DNA of 64,000 nucleotides from a virus. Its lineage: Duplodnaviria > Heunggongvirae > Uroviricota > Caudoviricetes. The DNA is taken from the IMG/VR virus record IMGVR_UViG_3300009180_000026; one strand, given 5' to 3'. The notes below the pieces were generated by a model. The model did no database searches. It was not told the origin of the DNA and saw nothing but the letters and a program-made list of their open reading frames with translations. Shown one piece after another: positions 19,670 to 28,771 of the stretch. Every line of letters starts with the position of its first letter. The stretch's first letter is position 1. The translations under genes and the position numbers were made by a program.

Positions 19670-22108
19670 TTAAAATGCTTCCATTGAAAGTTTTCTCCAT
19701 CCTCCACCAGAATAAACACCTAATGCACTATTTGTTGTATCGTATACAATAAGCCCTTCTGCAGGAGAAACAATAGCTAATCTTTCAGATTGTGTCATTC
19801 GTGGTGGTAAGAAACCTTGTGTTGTAGAATCTATTTGAACCTTTGCTGATGTACTTGGACTAGTTGTACCAATTCCCACTTGTCCAAAAAAAGCAGTTTT
19901 ACCAGAACTTGAATTAAAAGCATTATCTCCACTTGTATTCTCAAAAGCAATGTGTGTAGATGTATTTAAAGATGTAACTGTAGGGTTATAATATATACCT
20001 CTTAAAGTTCCAGTACCCCAAAGATTACCACTAGGTTCTTGAGAATATTCTGGATTAATAAGTAATTGAGTTATAGGAACAGAATTAGGTCCAGTTGGAG
20101 ATACATTTCCTTTAATGACCATTGATGCTGTTGGATTCCAAGGAAGAACATCTAAACCATAAGTGTGACCAGCATCAAAAAGATAATGCTGACCCCCAGG
20201 ATTTGTTAGCCTAAATGTTGCTAGTCTATTTGAAGCTGCAAAAAAATCTAAACCACCACCATAATTATCATACGGATATATTCCTGTTTTAGTATTAGTA
20301 ACTGATACTCTTATTCCAGTGTTAGTATATATTTCTCCATTTACTTCTAACTTATTTACTGGAGTATAGAAAGAAGATGGAGCATATCCAATTATTGTCT
20401 TACCTGAACTAGAGTTTAAGTAATTATCTCCTGTTGTATTTTCAAATGCTATGTGAGTTGTTGGAGTACCTGTTGTATTGTTTGGATTGTAATAGATTCC
20501 TCTTAGTGTATTTGTTCCTCCTGTTATTGTTATTTCAGGATGAATATCTAATATAGTATGATTATTTGTTCCTGTTGAATAAACAAATTGTGGTGTAAAT
20601 GTTACAAGAGATGCAGGATTTTTTGCTCCTCCTAAAGCATCACTGTAAGTAAAATTAATTATATTATCATTATAAGAAACAAATGGAGCAAGACCTGCAA
20701 TACCATTACCTATTAATAATTTTCTTTCTGATGAAGCACCAAATAAAGAAATAGCCGAAGATGCTGATGTAGAAAGAATTATTGCATTTTTATTAGTGCC
20801 ATCTTCATTTGTAAATCTTGCATAGTTTGCTTGAGGAGTAGCTGTATTAACAACATCTAACTTATATGCAGGAGTTGCTGTTCCTACACCTACATTTGTA
20901 CCATTATCAAATATTTGAGAATCTGCAAGAGTTGTAGAAGCAGACCATTTAGGAACATAATTTTCTGTACCAGTTCCTCCTACATAGGGAATAGTGATGT
21001 CTCCTGTAGAGGCATCAGCAAATATAGTACTGTTTACACTTGCTACTAGTGTTGCATTTTGGTTTGGAAGAACTAGAGTGTTGTTGTTTGGAACTGCAGT
21101 GATTGTTAATGTTCCAAGAGTGTCATTAGTAAACTCTATCATATCAGATGCAATAACTACCTCATCATTTACAGAAGCTATGGCTATTGTATCATCAACA
21201 GCTGTAACAGAAGTTCCTGCTGATACATTTGTTACATTAAATTCTCCTCTTCCAACATTTGTTGTTAAGTTTCCATCTAAACTTTCTAAGTTAATATCAT
21301 ATCCTGCAGAAGTTTGATCTGGGGTGACTGCTAACACTTGTTCTAATGTAGGGGTGCTTGCAGGAATTGATGCTAGATATTCTGTAAGAGCTTTTAAAGA
21401 AGCATATTTTGTTTCGCTGTTTGGATCAGATGTAATTGATGAACCACTTAAGACTTTATTAGCAACATTCTCAGGAATAAATCCAAGCCCTGTATCTAGT
21501 ATATCCCAGTCAGCATCAGTAAGAACTCCAGGATTATCTACTAATGCTCTTACACTTGCTCCTATTCCCACTTCTGTTGTATTCAAAAATCCAGGAACAG
21601 ATATAAACCAAATGTCTCCTTTCACAATAGCACCTGCAGGACCACTTCCTCCTGTTGTAGGATAGTTTCCTGGAGAAGGAGATGCTGCAAAATTACCTCT
21701 ATCATCTAATAGTCCTGCTACATTAGCATCTACATATGTTTTTACTGCTTTTACAGAAGGATATTTTGTATCACTTGCTTGATCTGTAATAACATCTGTT
21801 GATATATTTGTTGTAAGCTGTGTAGGAGTTGTTACTGATATAGTTGGGTTTACAGTTCCTGTAATATTTATCCCTGTTCCTGCAGTGATTCCTGTAACAG
21901 TTCCAGATGTAGTTTTTAAAACAAGAGTTAATGTACTATCAAACCACCATTCTACAATAGGAGTGCCAACACCCACTGTAAGTCCTACATATCTTTGATA
22001 GTTAGGAATACCTGCAAGAGCTGCAGCAGTTGTTGTGTATGGACCAAATCTATCATCTGTAGGCTTAGGTGCTCTTGTATCTACATTATCATTTAATATT
22101 ATTGCCAT
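19670..22108 (-). CDS. tail fibre / receptor-binding protein 1 (812 aa) with an internal duplicated domain
   Basis: N-terminus MAIILNDNVDTRAPKPTDDRFG...YQRYVGLTVG. Internal repeat LRGIYYNP..THIAFENT(T/S)GDN..NSSSGKT occurs twice. Confidence 0.6.
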   Translation of the reverse strand: MAIILNDNVDTRAPKPTDDRFGPYTTTAAALAGIPNYQRYVGLTVGVGTPIVEWWFDSTLTLVLKTTSGTVTGITAGTGINITGTVNPTISVTTPTQLTTNISTDVITDQASDTKYPSVKAVKTYVDANVAGLLDDRGNFAASPSPGNYPTTGGSGPAGAIVKGDIWFISVPGFLNTTEVGIGASVRALVDNPGVLTDADWDILDTGLGFIPENVANKVLSGSSITSDPNSETKYASLKALTEYLASIPASTPTLEQVLAVTPDQTSAGYDINLESLDGNLTTNVGRGEFNVTNVSAGTSVTAVDDTIAIASVNDEVVIASDMIEFTNDTLGTLTITAVPNNNTLVLPNQNATLVASVNSTIFADASTGDITIPYVGGTGTENYVPKWSASTTLADSQIFDNGTNVGVGTATPAYKLDVVNTATPQANYARFTNEDGTNKNAIILSTSASSAISLFGASSERKLLIGNGIAGLAPFVSYNDNIINFTYSDALGGAKNPASLVTFTPQFVYSTGTNNHTILDIHPEITITGGTNTLRGIYYNPNNTTGTPTTHIAFENTTGDNYLNSSSGKTIIGYAPSSFYTPVNKLEVNGEIYTNTGIRVSVTNTKTGIYPYDNYGGGLDFFAASNRLATFRLTNPGGQHYLFDAGHTYGLDVLPWNPTASMVIKGNVSPTGPNSVPITQLLINPEYSQEPSGNLWGTGTLRGIYYNPTVTSLNTSTHIAFENTSGDNAFNSSSGKTAFFGQVGIGTTSPSTSAKVQIDSTTQGFLPPRMTQSERLAIVSPAEGLIVYDTTNSALGVYSGGGWRKLSMEAF

Positions 22109-22113
22109 AATTA

Positions 22114-23553
22114 TTATACATTTCTAAATTCAATATTACCATTAACAATTGTTGTAAAATTACTCACATGAGTTTTAAAAGAAATACCACTCCAGTATGA
22201 ATTTGGACTATTTACATTCACTGTTTGCACTGCACCAAAAAGATCTGTAGGAGCTCCTATGTTTCCATTATTTAAAGCAGTGTTGAACCATTTTGTTTTG
22301 GTAGTATTAACTGCAAGATATGCCACCCATAAATATTGAGCAGAAATATTATTGTATGGAACTGTGATTGTTCCAGATGCAGGAAGTAAGATTTTGTTAG
22401 CAGTTCCTCCAACTATAGCAGATGCAATTTGGGCAGGACTAAGTTGTGTATTTGCTACTCCCCAGAAAATTGGATAGATTCCATTAAATGTTATAGAAGA
22501 GCTTGATGTACTACTAGCAGCCTGTGGTGTATTTATATTAGTACCAGCAGTTCTAGTATCAGCTACACCATCACTTTGTAATTTAGGAAGACCAGCATTA
22601 TAACTTCCTGTAAACTGATATAAAACAGTAGATACTGCTTGTGCAGTTATTGGAGCAGGAATAGTGAGAGTTTCTGTATATTGAGGAGCAGTATATGATT
22701 CATTAGGACTATTAGGATCTGCAAACCCAAACTCTGTACCAAATGCTGCAAGTGTTGTAACAGTAAAGCTTGAATATGTTGTAAGAGATGGAGAAAGACT
22801 ATTTATAGATTTCACTAAACTCATAGAAGTGAATGCTCCACCATCCCATGTATTTCCTACACCTGTTGCAGCAATACTTACCACTGCACCAATCTCATAA
22901 TATGTAGCAGGTGTTGGTGTTAAAGTCATTGTAACTGTAGGAACAATATATGTAGGAAGTCTTAATGGAAATAATATAGCATCTAACACTTGCACTAATG
23001 TAAGTTGACTCCAATTAGCAGCTGTATTAGGTGCTGCACCTCCCACCTGAACTGATACTGATGCAGGATTAACAAGTGTGTTATATAATGTAGAAAGATT
23101 TGTTTGTCCTGGGTTTGTCCATACAAGCCCTACATTATTCTGTAAAGTGATTTGTTGACCTAATGAAGTGGGTGCAATCTTTCTAACAACTCCTGTTGAT
23201 GTTTGTGTAAGTAGAAAATCAGGGGTAGTAGATTCTGTAGGAAGATTAGTTATAAGTAGAGCATTTCCATTGGTATTGATTATAGTACTACTTTCTATTA
23301 GTGTACCACCAAGTTGAATGTTATTACCAGTTTTAGTAAGACCATTGTTTGCGGTGATGCTAGCTGCTGAACTATTTGCAATAGCAGCATCCACTTTTTG
23401 AAAAGCTACACAAAGATTATCAAGATTATCTATTCCTGTATTAGGAAGAGCTGGACCATAGTATAACACTCCTTCACAACTAGAAGAATTAGCTGTTATA
23501 CAAGGATCTACAGTTGTATTATTGTAACAGGGAGTTCCTGGATGACATGACAT
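22114..23553 (-). CDS. tail fibre-like protein (479 aa) with a Cys-rich N-terminal module
   Basis: N-terminus MSCHPGTPCYNN...C...C..LDNLCVAFQKVD is paralogous to the N-terminus of the 360-aa protein. Contains NGLTKTGNNIQLGGTL module. Confidence 0.5.
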   Translation of the reverse strand: MSCHPGTPCYNNTTVDPCITANSSSCEGVLYYGPALPNTGIDNLDNLCVAFQKVDAAIANSSAASITANNGLTKTGNNIQLGGTLIESSTIINTNGNALLITNLPTESTTPDFLLTQTSTGVVRKIAPTSLGQQITLQNNVGLVWTNPGQTNLSTLYNTLVNPASVSVQVGGAAPNTAANWSQLTLVQVLDAILFPLRLPTYIVPTVTMTLTPTPATYYEIGAVVSIAATGVGNTWDGGAFTSMSLVKSINSLSPSLTTYSSFTVTTLAAFGTEFGFADPNSPNESYTAPQYTETLTIPAPITAQAVSTVLYQFTGSYNAGLPKLQSDGVADTRTAGTNINTPQAASSTSSSSITFNGIYPIFWGVANTQLSPAQIASAIVGGTANKILLPASGTITVPYNNISAQYLWVAYLAVNTTKTKWFNTALNNGNIGAPTDLFGAVQTVNVNSPNSYWSGISFKTHVSNFTTIVNGNIEFRNV

Positions 23554-23573
23554 AATAATTAAATTTATTTAGA

Positions 23574-24656
23574 TTAAGGGATGTACATTATATAAAAACA
23601 ACCAATTCCAGGTTGAAAGTTTGGATGTGGAAAAGATCCTCCTGCACTAGCGTTTGTTACTGATACAGTAAGAGTTGTATCACCTGTAACAAATGTTCCA
23701 GAACCACTTCTCATAGTTTTTTGTCCAGAGTCTTCTCCTGTACCTGTAGCATTTGCTCCAGTGTTATTTAACGTATGATTGTGTGGATTTGGAGTGACAG
23801 TTGCTACAGCAGCATGTGTATGTGTAGGCATTTGACTCTCAATCAATGTAATATTATTTGAACCAGCTGTAGAAGAAATTGAATAGTTTGGATTATTAAA
23901 AAAAGGATCTACTACAGGAGATAGTGGTGTAACACCGTTCATTCCTGTTGTAACACCTACTGTCACTCTACCTCTAAGATCAGGTGTGTTATTATCACCA
24001 TTACATAAATATATTTTTTCCCAAATAGTTCCTATAAGACCAGCTCCTGTATTATCAAAGTTGCCTGATGTATTTCCAAAATATGGAACAGCTACATAAG
24101 GAACCATCTTGCTAGATATATTATTTGGAGGAGCAGCTTGAGCTAAATAATTTGCAATGTATGTATTTATATCAGAAATACGAACATAGTTAGTTTGTAC
24201 ATCAATACCAAGTGCACAAAGTTGTGTGATTACAGCTTGAAGTATGTTATGAGTTCCTGAAGAAGGAGTTACACCTGATAAACAGTTTATAACATAATCT
24301 GCTTCTATTGTATTGATTCTTGTGGTTTGTGTAGCAATAGCTGTTGCATTTGCTGTCACTTGTACTTGAAGATCACAAGCTGCTTTCACTAATGCTTCAA
24401 ATAATACATTAGCTGTAATATCTCCACAAGTAGGAAGATACTTTGTAACCACTCCACAATAAGAAGTTTGAGGAATAGTAATTACAATTCCAGAACCATC
24501 TATTGTAGAAACTAAAAACCCTATCAATGTTTGTTCAACGTATGATAGAGAATCTCCATTTTTAATACCTAAAGCAGGAATATCAACTCCTGTATATCTT
24601 ACACATTGATCAGAAACTATTTCTGTACAACCATTATAACAATTTGAACAACTCAT
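23574..24656 (-). CDS. phage tail-collar domain fibre protein (360 aa)
   Basis: TPDLRGRVTVG (PDLRGR tail-collar signature) and a His-rich C-terminus (THTHAA...NPHNHT), as in MdpB/tail-collar fibre proteins. Cys-rich N-terminus MSCSNCYNGC. Confidence 0.6.
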   Translation of the reverse strand: MSCSNCYNGCTEIVSDQCVRYTGVDIPALGIKNGDSLSYVEQTLIGFLVSTIDGSGIVITIPQTSYCGVVTKYLPTCGDITANVLFEALVKAACDLQVQVTANATAIATQTTRINTIEADYVINCLSGVTPSSGTHNILQAVITQLCALGIDVQTNYVRISDINTYIANYLAQAAPPNNISSKMVPYVAVPYFGNTSGNFDNTGAGLIGTIWEKIYLCNGDNNTPDLRGRVTVGVTTGMNGVTPLSPVVDPFFNNPNYSISSTAGSNNITLIESQMPTHTHAAVATVTPNPHNHTLNNTGANATGTGEDSGQKTMRSGSGTFVTGDTTLTVSVTNASAGGSFPHPNFQPGIGCFYIMYIP

Positions 24657-24658
24657 TA

Positions 24659-24925
24659 TTATCTATTTTTTAAAAGTTTAATTTTACTTCCAATTTGATT
24701 CACTGAGAAATTTCCTGCATAGTCACAATTACATGTTCTATACATAAGTATTCTTTTATAATTTAAAAGATCACTCATCACTTCTCCAGGAAAAGGCTTG
24801 TTTAAAGCAAACACAATATTATTATATTGAATGATTGCAAGATCTGCAAGCTTGTGATCAATGTCACAAAGCAATACAGAAATGTTAGAACATTCTATAC
24901 ATTCCGAAAGTCTTGGTGATAACAT
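24659..24925 (-). CDS. small protein (88 aa)
   Basis: ORF, tightly packed. Confidence 0.35.
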   Translation of the reverse strand: MLSPRLSECIECSNISVLLCDIDHKLADLAIIQYNNIVFALNKPFPGEVMSDLLNYKRILMYRTCNCDYAGNFSVNQIGSKIKLLKNR

Positions 24926-24943
24926 TTTTAAATTTTTATTTAT

Positions 24944-25042
24944 TTAACTTTTTGAACGACATCCTGCACAAAGACCATTTACTAATTGACAAGCAGGCAT
25001 GTGCACTGTACAATTTCTACATTTAGTTGATTGACATCCCAT
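24944..25042 (-). CDS. 32-aa Cys-rich peptide (MGCQSTKCRNCTVHMPACQLVNGLCAGCRSKS)
   Basis: Manual translation. ATG lies 1 nt after the upstream gene stop. Six Cys in 32 aa, zinc-ribbon-like. Confidence 0.3.
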   Translation of the reverse strand: MGCQSTKCRNCTVHMPACQLVNGLCAGCRSKS

Positions 25043-25043
25043 A

Positions 25044-25604
25044 TTAATTAAAGTTTATAATGTAATTGTTCCCAGAACATCTACATCCATTTTTAAGAAA
25101 ATTATCAAGCATTTTCTTTGCTTGATTATAAAGTTTATTAGATTCCATTATAGCACAATTATTAGCAGCTGCAATAGCTCCTTGTATAAAATAATATATA
25201 CTATTCAATTCCACTTTAGCTTGTGTTTTAATAGCTCTATCACATTCCATAAAATCTAATGTCATAAATGCTTGATCAAACTTCTCTTGAAGTTGGTCCA
25301 CACGCATTATTGATTTCTCAACAAAGTTCTCAAATGCAGGAGTGATAGAATACTTTAAAAAATATACACCATCTGGAAGAGGAACTTCTGCATCTGTGGG
25401 AGCTGTTATTCCTAGAGAAGCAGAGTTAAATACATTTATTGAGTTGATGTTGAATGGTAGGTTTACAGTTCCAAATCCTCCAGGAATAGTTATTTCAATA
25501 TTTGGTGCTGAAGGAGTGGTTACATATGTAGATATGTCTTTAATAGATAACAATCTACTATCGTATGTAGGAACTACTAGTATATCTAATCTTAGAGATG
25601 CCAT
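25044..25604 (-). CDS. structural protein (186 aa)
   Basis: ORF. Confidence 0.4.
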   Translation of the reverse strand: MASLRLDILVVPTYDSRLLSIKDISTYVTTPSAPNIEITIPGGFGTVNLPFNINSINVFNSASLGITAPTDAEVPLPDGVYFLKYSITPAFENFVEKSIMRVDQLQEKFDQAFMTLDFMECDRAIKTQAKVELNSIYYFIQGAIAAANNCAIMESNKLYNQAKKMLDNFLKNGCRCSGNNYIINFN

Positions 25605-25688
25605 ATTATTTAAAATAAATATGCCAGAGGATTTTGAGATGATCCTCTCTTTCCCCTGGCATAGGTTATATGATTTCTAATTTTCCTA

Positions 25689-26858
25689 TTAAGGAATATT
25701 AGTTGTTGTTGTTGAAGTAGTAGGCCATACAGTAGTTGTACTAGTTGTAGTAGTTACACATGTATTACCACCTGCAGGAGAATCCAACGCAGCAACTAAA
25801 ATAGCTTCAACAGTTGCAGTTAATCCATTATCTGGAACAGCTATGATAACCATTGAATCTTCTTTGATGTAGTCACCCCAGCTGTATGCTGATTTGTCAT
25901 ACTCATTGAATTTGATGTAGTAGGTGTTATATGTAAAACCATCTTCAACATAAGATTCAAAGTTCTCGTTGAAACCAGCCATTCTGTATAAATGCTTCAA
26001 ATATCCAGCTTGGTAGCTATAGTAGTTTTTCTCTAATTGTCTCATTTCAACAGGTTGACCAGTTGCATAAGAAGAACGTTGAGTGATTACAGCTGTAGCA
26101 ACAATGTTACAGTTATCAGCAACGATGAAATCAGCAGTGGTAGCAGGACCTGAGTAAACAAAAGTACGGAAATACATTCTGTCATATTCTTGAGGGAATG
26201 CAGCAACATCACATGGTTGACCATAGATGGTTAATGCCTTACCAGAAATACGTAAGATTGCATTTTCATCATCCCCAATTCTTTGGAATTGATAGAAAGT
26301 GTTGAAGCTAATGTTGTCTGGGTTGATACCAGGACCTTGTTGTTGCAATTTCAAAATGAAAGCATCAATCAAACCAGGAACATCAACAGTGGTACAAGGA
26401 TCTCCACCACAATCACAGCAAGGAGCTTGAACAGTTACTGAACGAGTGAAACCATTGAAATACAATGTGTCAATGTAAGAAGAGTGAGCACGTAATGTTA
26501 AAGTTACGATATCACCACACTTAACGTTCCAGCCATCAACATCAGTCACTTGATTAGCAGCAGTTGCGCAACCTGCAACAGCATACCATTCTGTAACGTT
26601 AGTTTGTCCAGCATTTAATACACCAGAAATCTTATCAGATCTTTTAGATCCTTGAAGATAGGTGTTTGCTCTACCTTGAGCAACATAGAAGTAAGGAGCA
26701 GCAGCGATAGTACCAGCAGTTAAGCATGTGTAAGGACCACTTGCACCTTGACCAAAGAAACCAACTTGACCAGCGGTTAAGTCTTGTGTAGAATTAGCAC
26801 TAGCAATTGAACTGCCACTAGGAACTACAAAGAGGGTTGTTAATGAAAAATCAGCCAT
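25689..26858 (-). CDS. structural protein (389 aa) with a Thr-rich C-terminus; tail tube, sheath or capsid-decoration candidate
   Basis: ORF with a C-terminal TTTSTTTVWPTTSTTTTNIP tail. Confidence 0.45.
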   Translation of the reverse strand: MADFSLTTLFVVPSGSSIASANSTQDLTAGQVGFFGQGASGPYTCLTAGTIAAAPYFYVAQGRANTYLQGSKRSDKISGVLNAGQTNVTEWYAVAGCATAANQVTDVDGWNVKCGDIVTLTLRAHSSYIDTLYFNGFTRSVTVQAPCCDCGGDPCTTVDVPGLIDAFILKLQQQGPGINPDNISFNTFYQFQRIGDDENAILRISGKALTIYGQPCDVAAFPQEYDRMYFRTFVYSGPATTADFIVADNCNIVATAVITQRSSYATGQPVEMRQLEKNYYSYQAGYLKHLYRMAGFNENFESYVEDGFTYNTYYIKFNEYDKSAYSWGDYIKEDSMVIIAVPDNGLTATVEAILVAALDSPAGGNTCVTTTTSTTTVWPTTSTTTTNIP

Positions 26859-26885
26859 TTTATTTTATTTTAATTGTTAAAAAAC

Positions 26886-27617
26886 TTATTCGTTTGTTTG
26901 TATTCTCATTGCAGCACTTTGAACTGCAGATTGATTCTCTGTGTACATTGCAAGATTTTCTACTGTGAGATCTAGAAGTTCATCTTCCAGATAGGTCTCA
27001 AGTTCACAATCTTGATTTGTAGAATTTGTTCCATCAAACTTCACATATCCTTCCTTATCAATATACACAGGATAGCGCATGTACATTACATATATATTAC
27101 TTGGAATAAATGTTCCATCTGTAAACACACTCACTGCATCAGAAGAAAGCCAGTTAAAGGTTTCTTGGTATTCAAATGATGGGTTATAATGAGTGTTATT
27201 CAATATAAACTGAAGATCACCATGTTTAGCAAGATCACGATTAATCCAAATCTTTCTATTTTTACATCTTCCTTTATCTGCTAATATATATGAATCAATG
27301 TAAAACATATATTTAGGATCAAGTGCATGTATGTTAGCTTCCCATCTATGTAAAGTTTTATCTGCTTCTATTAAAGGCAGAACACCTTTATCATATGTAA
27401 CAACTAGTGATTGTAGATCTTCATACCGCTTTTTAAAAGCATCAAGTCCAAGACCACTTACAACACTTATACCATCAACTTTTTGTTTGATGAGTTTGAT
27501 TTGAGCTTCATTAAGAGCTAAAATCTTATCTTCTAGTTGAATCTGTTGATGATCGTTAGTTGATAGTTTATTTAGTCTTTGATCTATTTTATATAATAAA
27601 CTATCTACTTGTATCAT
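26886..27617 (-). CDS. structural protein (243 aa)
   Basis: ORF. Confidence 0.4.
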   Translation of the reverse strand: MIQVDSLLYKIDQRLNKLSTNDHQQIQLEDKILALNEAQIKLIKQKVDGISVVSGLGLDAFKKRYEDLQSLVVTYDKGVLPLIEADKTLHRWEANIHALDPKYMFYIDSYILADKGRCKNRKIWINRDLAKHGDLQFILNNTHYNPSFEYQETFNWLSSDAVSVFTDGTFIPSNIYVMYMRYPVYIDKEGYVKFDGTNSTNQDCELETYLEDELLDLTVENLAMYTENQSAVQSAAMRIQTNE

Positions 27618-28582
27618 ACTGAAGCTAGTTTCTTAGTTTTTAATTTTTGTTCTAAAGTGATTAGTTCATCTTGGTTATCATCATCAGCTAAGAATTTGAT
27701 TAAGTCATCTTCATCTTTTGCTATTTCAAACTCTCCTTCATAAACCTTACCTGTGGGCTTCACTCTATATATTGAATGCGAGATTGCTTGTTTAACAACG
27801 TCTTTTATATGGAGCAGATTTTCCTTCATATCAGCAAATCTATTGAACACTTCTACAGGGTTAAGTCCTTGGTATTTACCAGTTTTAAACTCTGTTTGTT
27901 TCAACATATTATCAACTTGATTGTAAACAGCTTCTTCTTTTGTTTCCTCTGTTACAGGAAGTCCTAATAATCTAGCAACTTTCTTTTTCTTTTCAGGAGT
28001 CATTGAATCAAACTTAACAATAGCTTTATTGATAAGTTGTTTCTTTTTAAACATCACTGCATTTTCAATCTCATCATCAGCTACATAAAACTGTGTATCA
28101 GCTGCAAACTCACCTCTTTCCCATGCTTGATATGAAGAAGCAATAGTTGGATGAACACGTAACCAAGAGAATGCTAATTCCTGAAAAGGAACGTTAAGAT
28201 CAAAGAAGTTATCACCATCTAACAATTTAACAGCTTGTACATGTAATGTATCTTCTGTAGAGGTTGATAGTCCGTAGTTCCAAAAAGAAGAACGTGGTCC
28301 AAGATTTACATCTCCTAATGCAGATTCAAGTTTTGCTTTAAGTGCTGTTACACGCTCAATTTCCATTTCTTTCTCTAAAGGATCTTGAATCCTTTTGATG
28401 TAAGAAGCATTTGGATCAAGTCCTGTTCTATACTGTCCATCAAGTTCTTTATAAGGATACTTGAAAACACCTGTACCAGGAATTCTTGTTAAGCCTTTGG
28501 TAGATAAACCACCTTGCATTGTTTGTAACTGAGAGTTGTTATACTCTTTCTTTAACGTAGAAATTTTGCCTATTCTGCCCAT
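27614..28582 (-). CDS. structural protein (about 322 aa from the internal ATG at 28582; the ORF extends to 28660)
   Basis: The upstream-most ATG (28660) would place hairpins inside the coding region. The MGRIGKIS start at 28582 is preceded by an A-rich leader. Confidence 0.4.
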   Translation of the reverse strand: MGRIGKISTLKKEYNNSQLQTMQGGLSTKGLTRIPGTGVFKYPYKELDGQYRTGLDPNASYIKRIQDPLEKEMEIERVTALKAKLESALGDVNLGPRSSFWNYGLSTSTEDTLHVQAVKLLDGDNFFDLNVPFQELAFSWLRVHPTIASSYQAWERGEFAADTQFYVADDEIENAVMFKKKQLINKAIVKFDSMTPEKKKKVARLLGLPVTEETKEEAVYNQVDNMLKQTEFKTGKYQGLNPVEVFNRFADMKENLLHIKDVVKQAISHSIYRVKPTGKVYEGEFEIAKDEDDLIKFLADDDNQDELITLEQKLKTKKLASV

Positions 28583-28682
28583 AATGTAGTTGTTTTTTAT
28601 TGGTTTAATTTGCAGAGAAATGAACATCGAAGTTCTAGCAATTGGGATTCCCCAATCCAAATCTCTGTGTGTTAAGAAGATT

Positions 28683-28705
28683 CTCCCAGCTTGGAGTGCT
28701 GGGAG
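28683..28705 (-). promoter_or_regulatory. GC-rich hairpin downstream of the capsid gene (CTCCCAGC-TTGGAGT-GCTGGGAG)
   Basis: Perfect 8-bp stem with a 7-nt loop in the 110-bp gap after the major capsid gene. No U-tract, so an attenuator or RNA-stability element is more likely than a classical terminator. Confidence 0.4.
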
Positions 28706-28771
28706 GAATCATCTTGGTAGGTTAAAAAGATCCAGATGCTGTTCTTATGGTAAGCAATAAGGATACTGTTA

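Noticed and set aside
19094-21665. Plus-strand ORFs of 107-123 aa inside the tail-fibre genes (19094..19465, 20994..21317, 21324..21665)
   Set aside because: These are antisense shadows of the Gly/Thr-rich fibre coding sequences.
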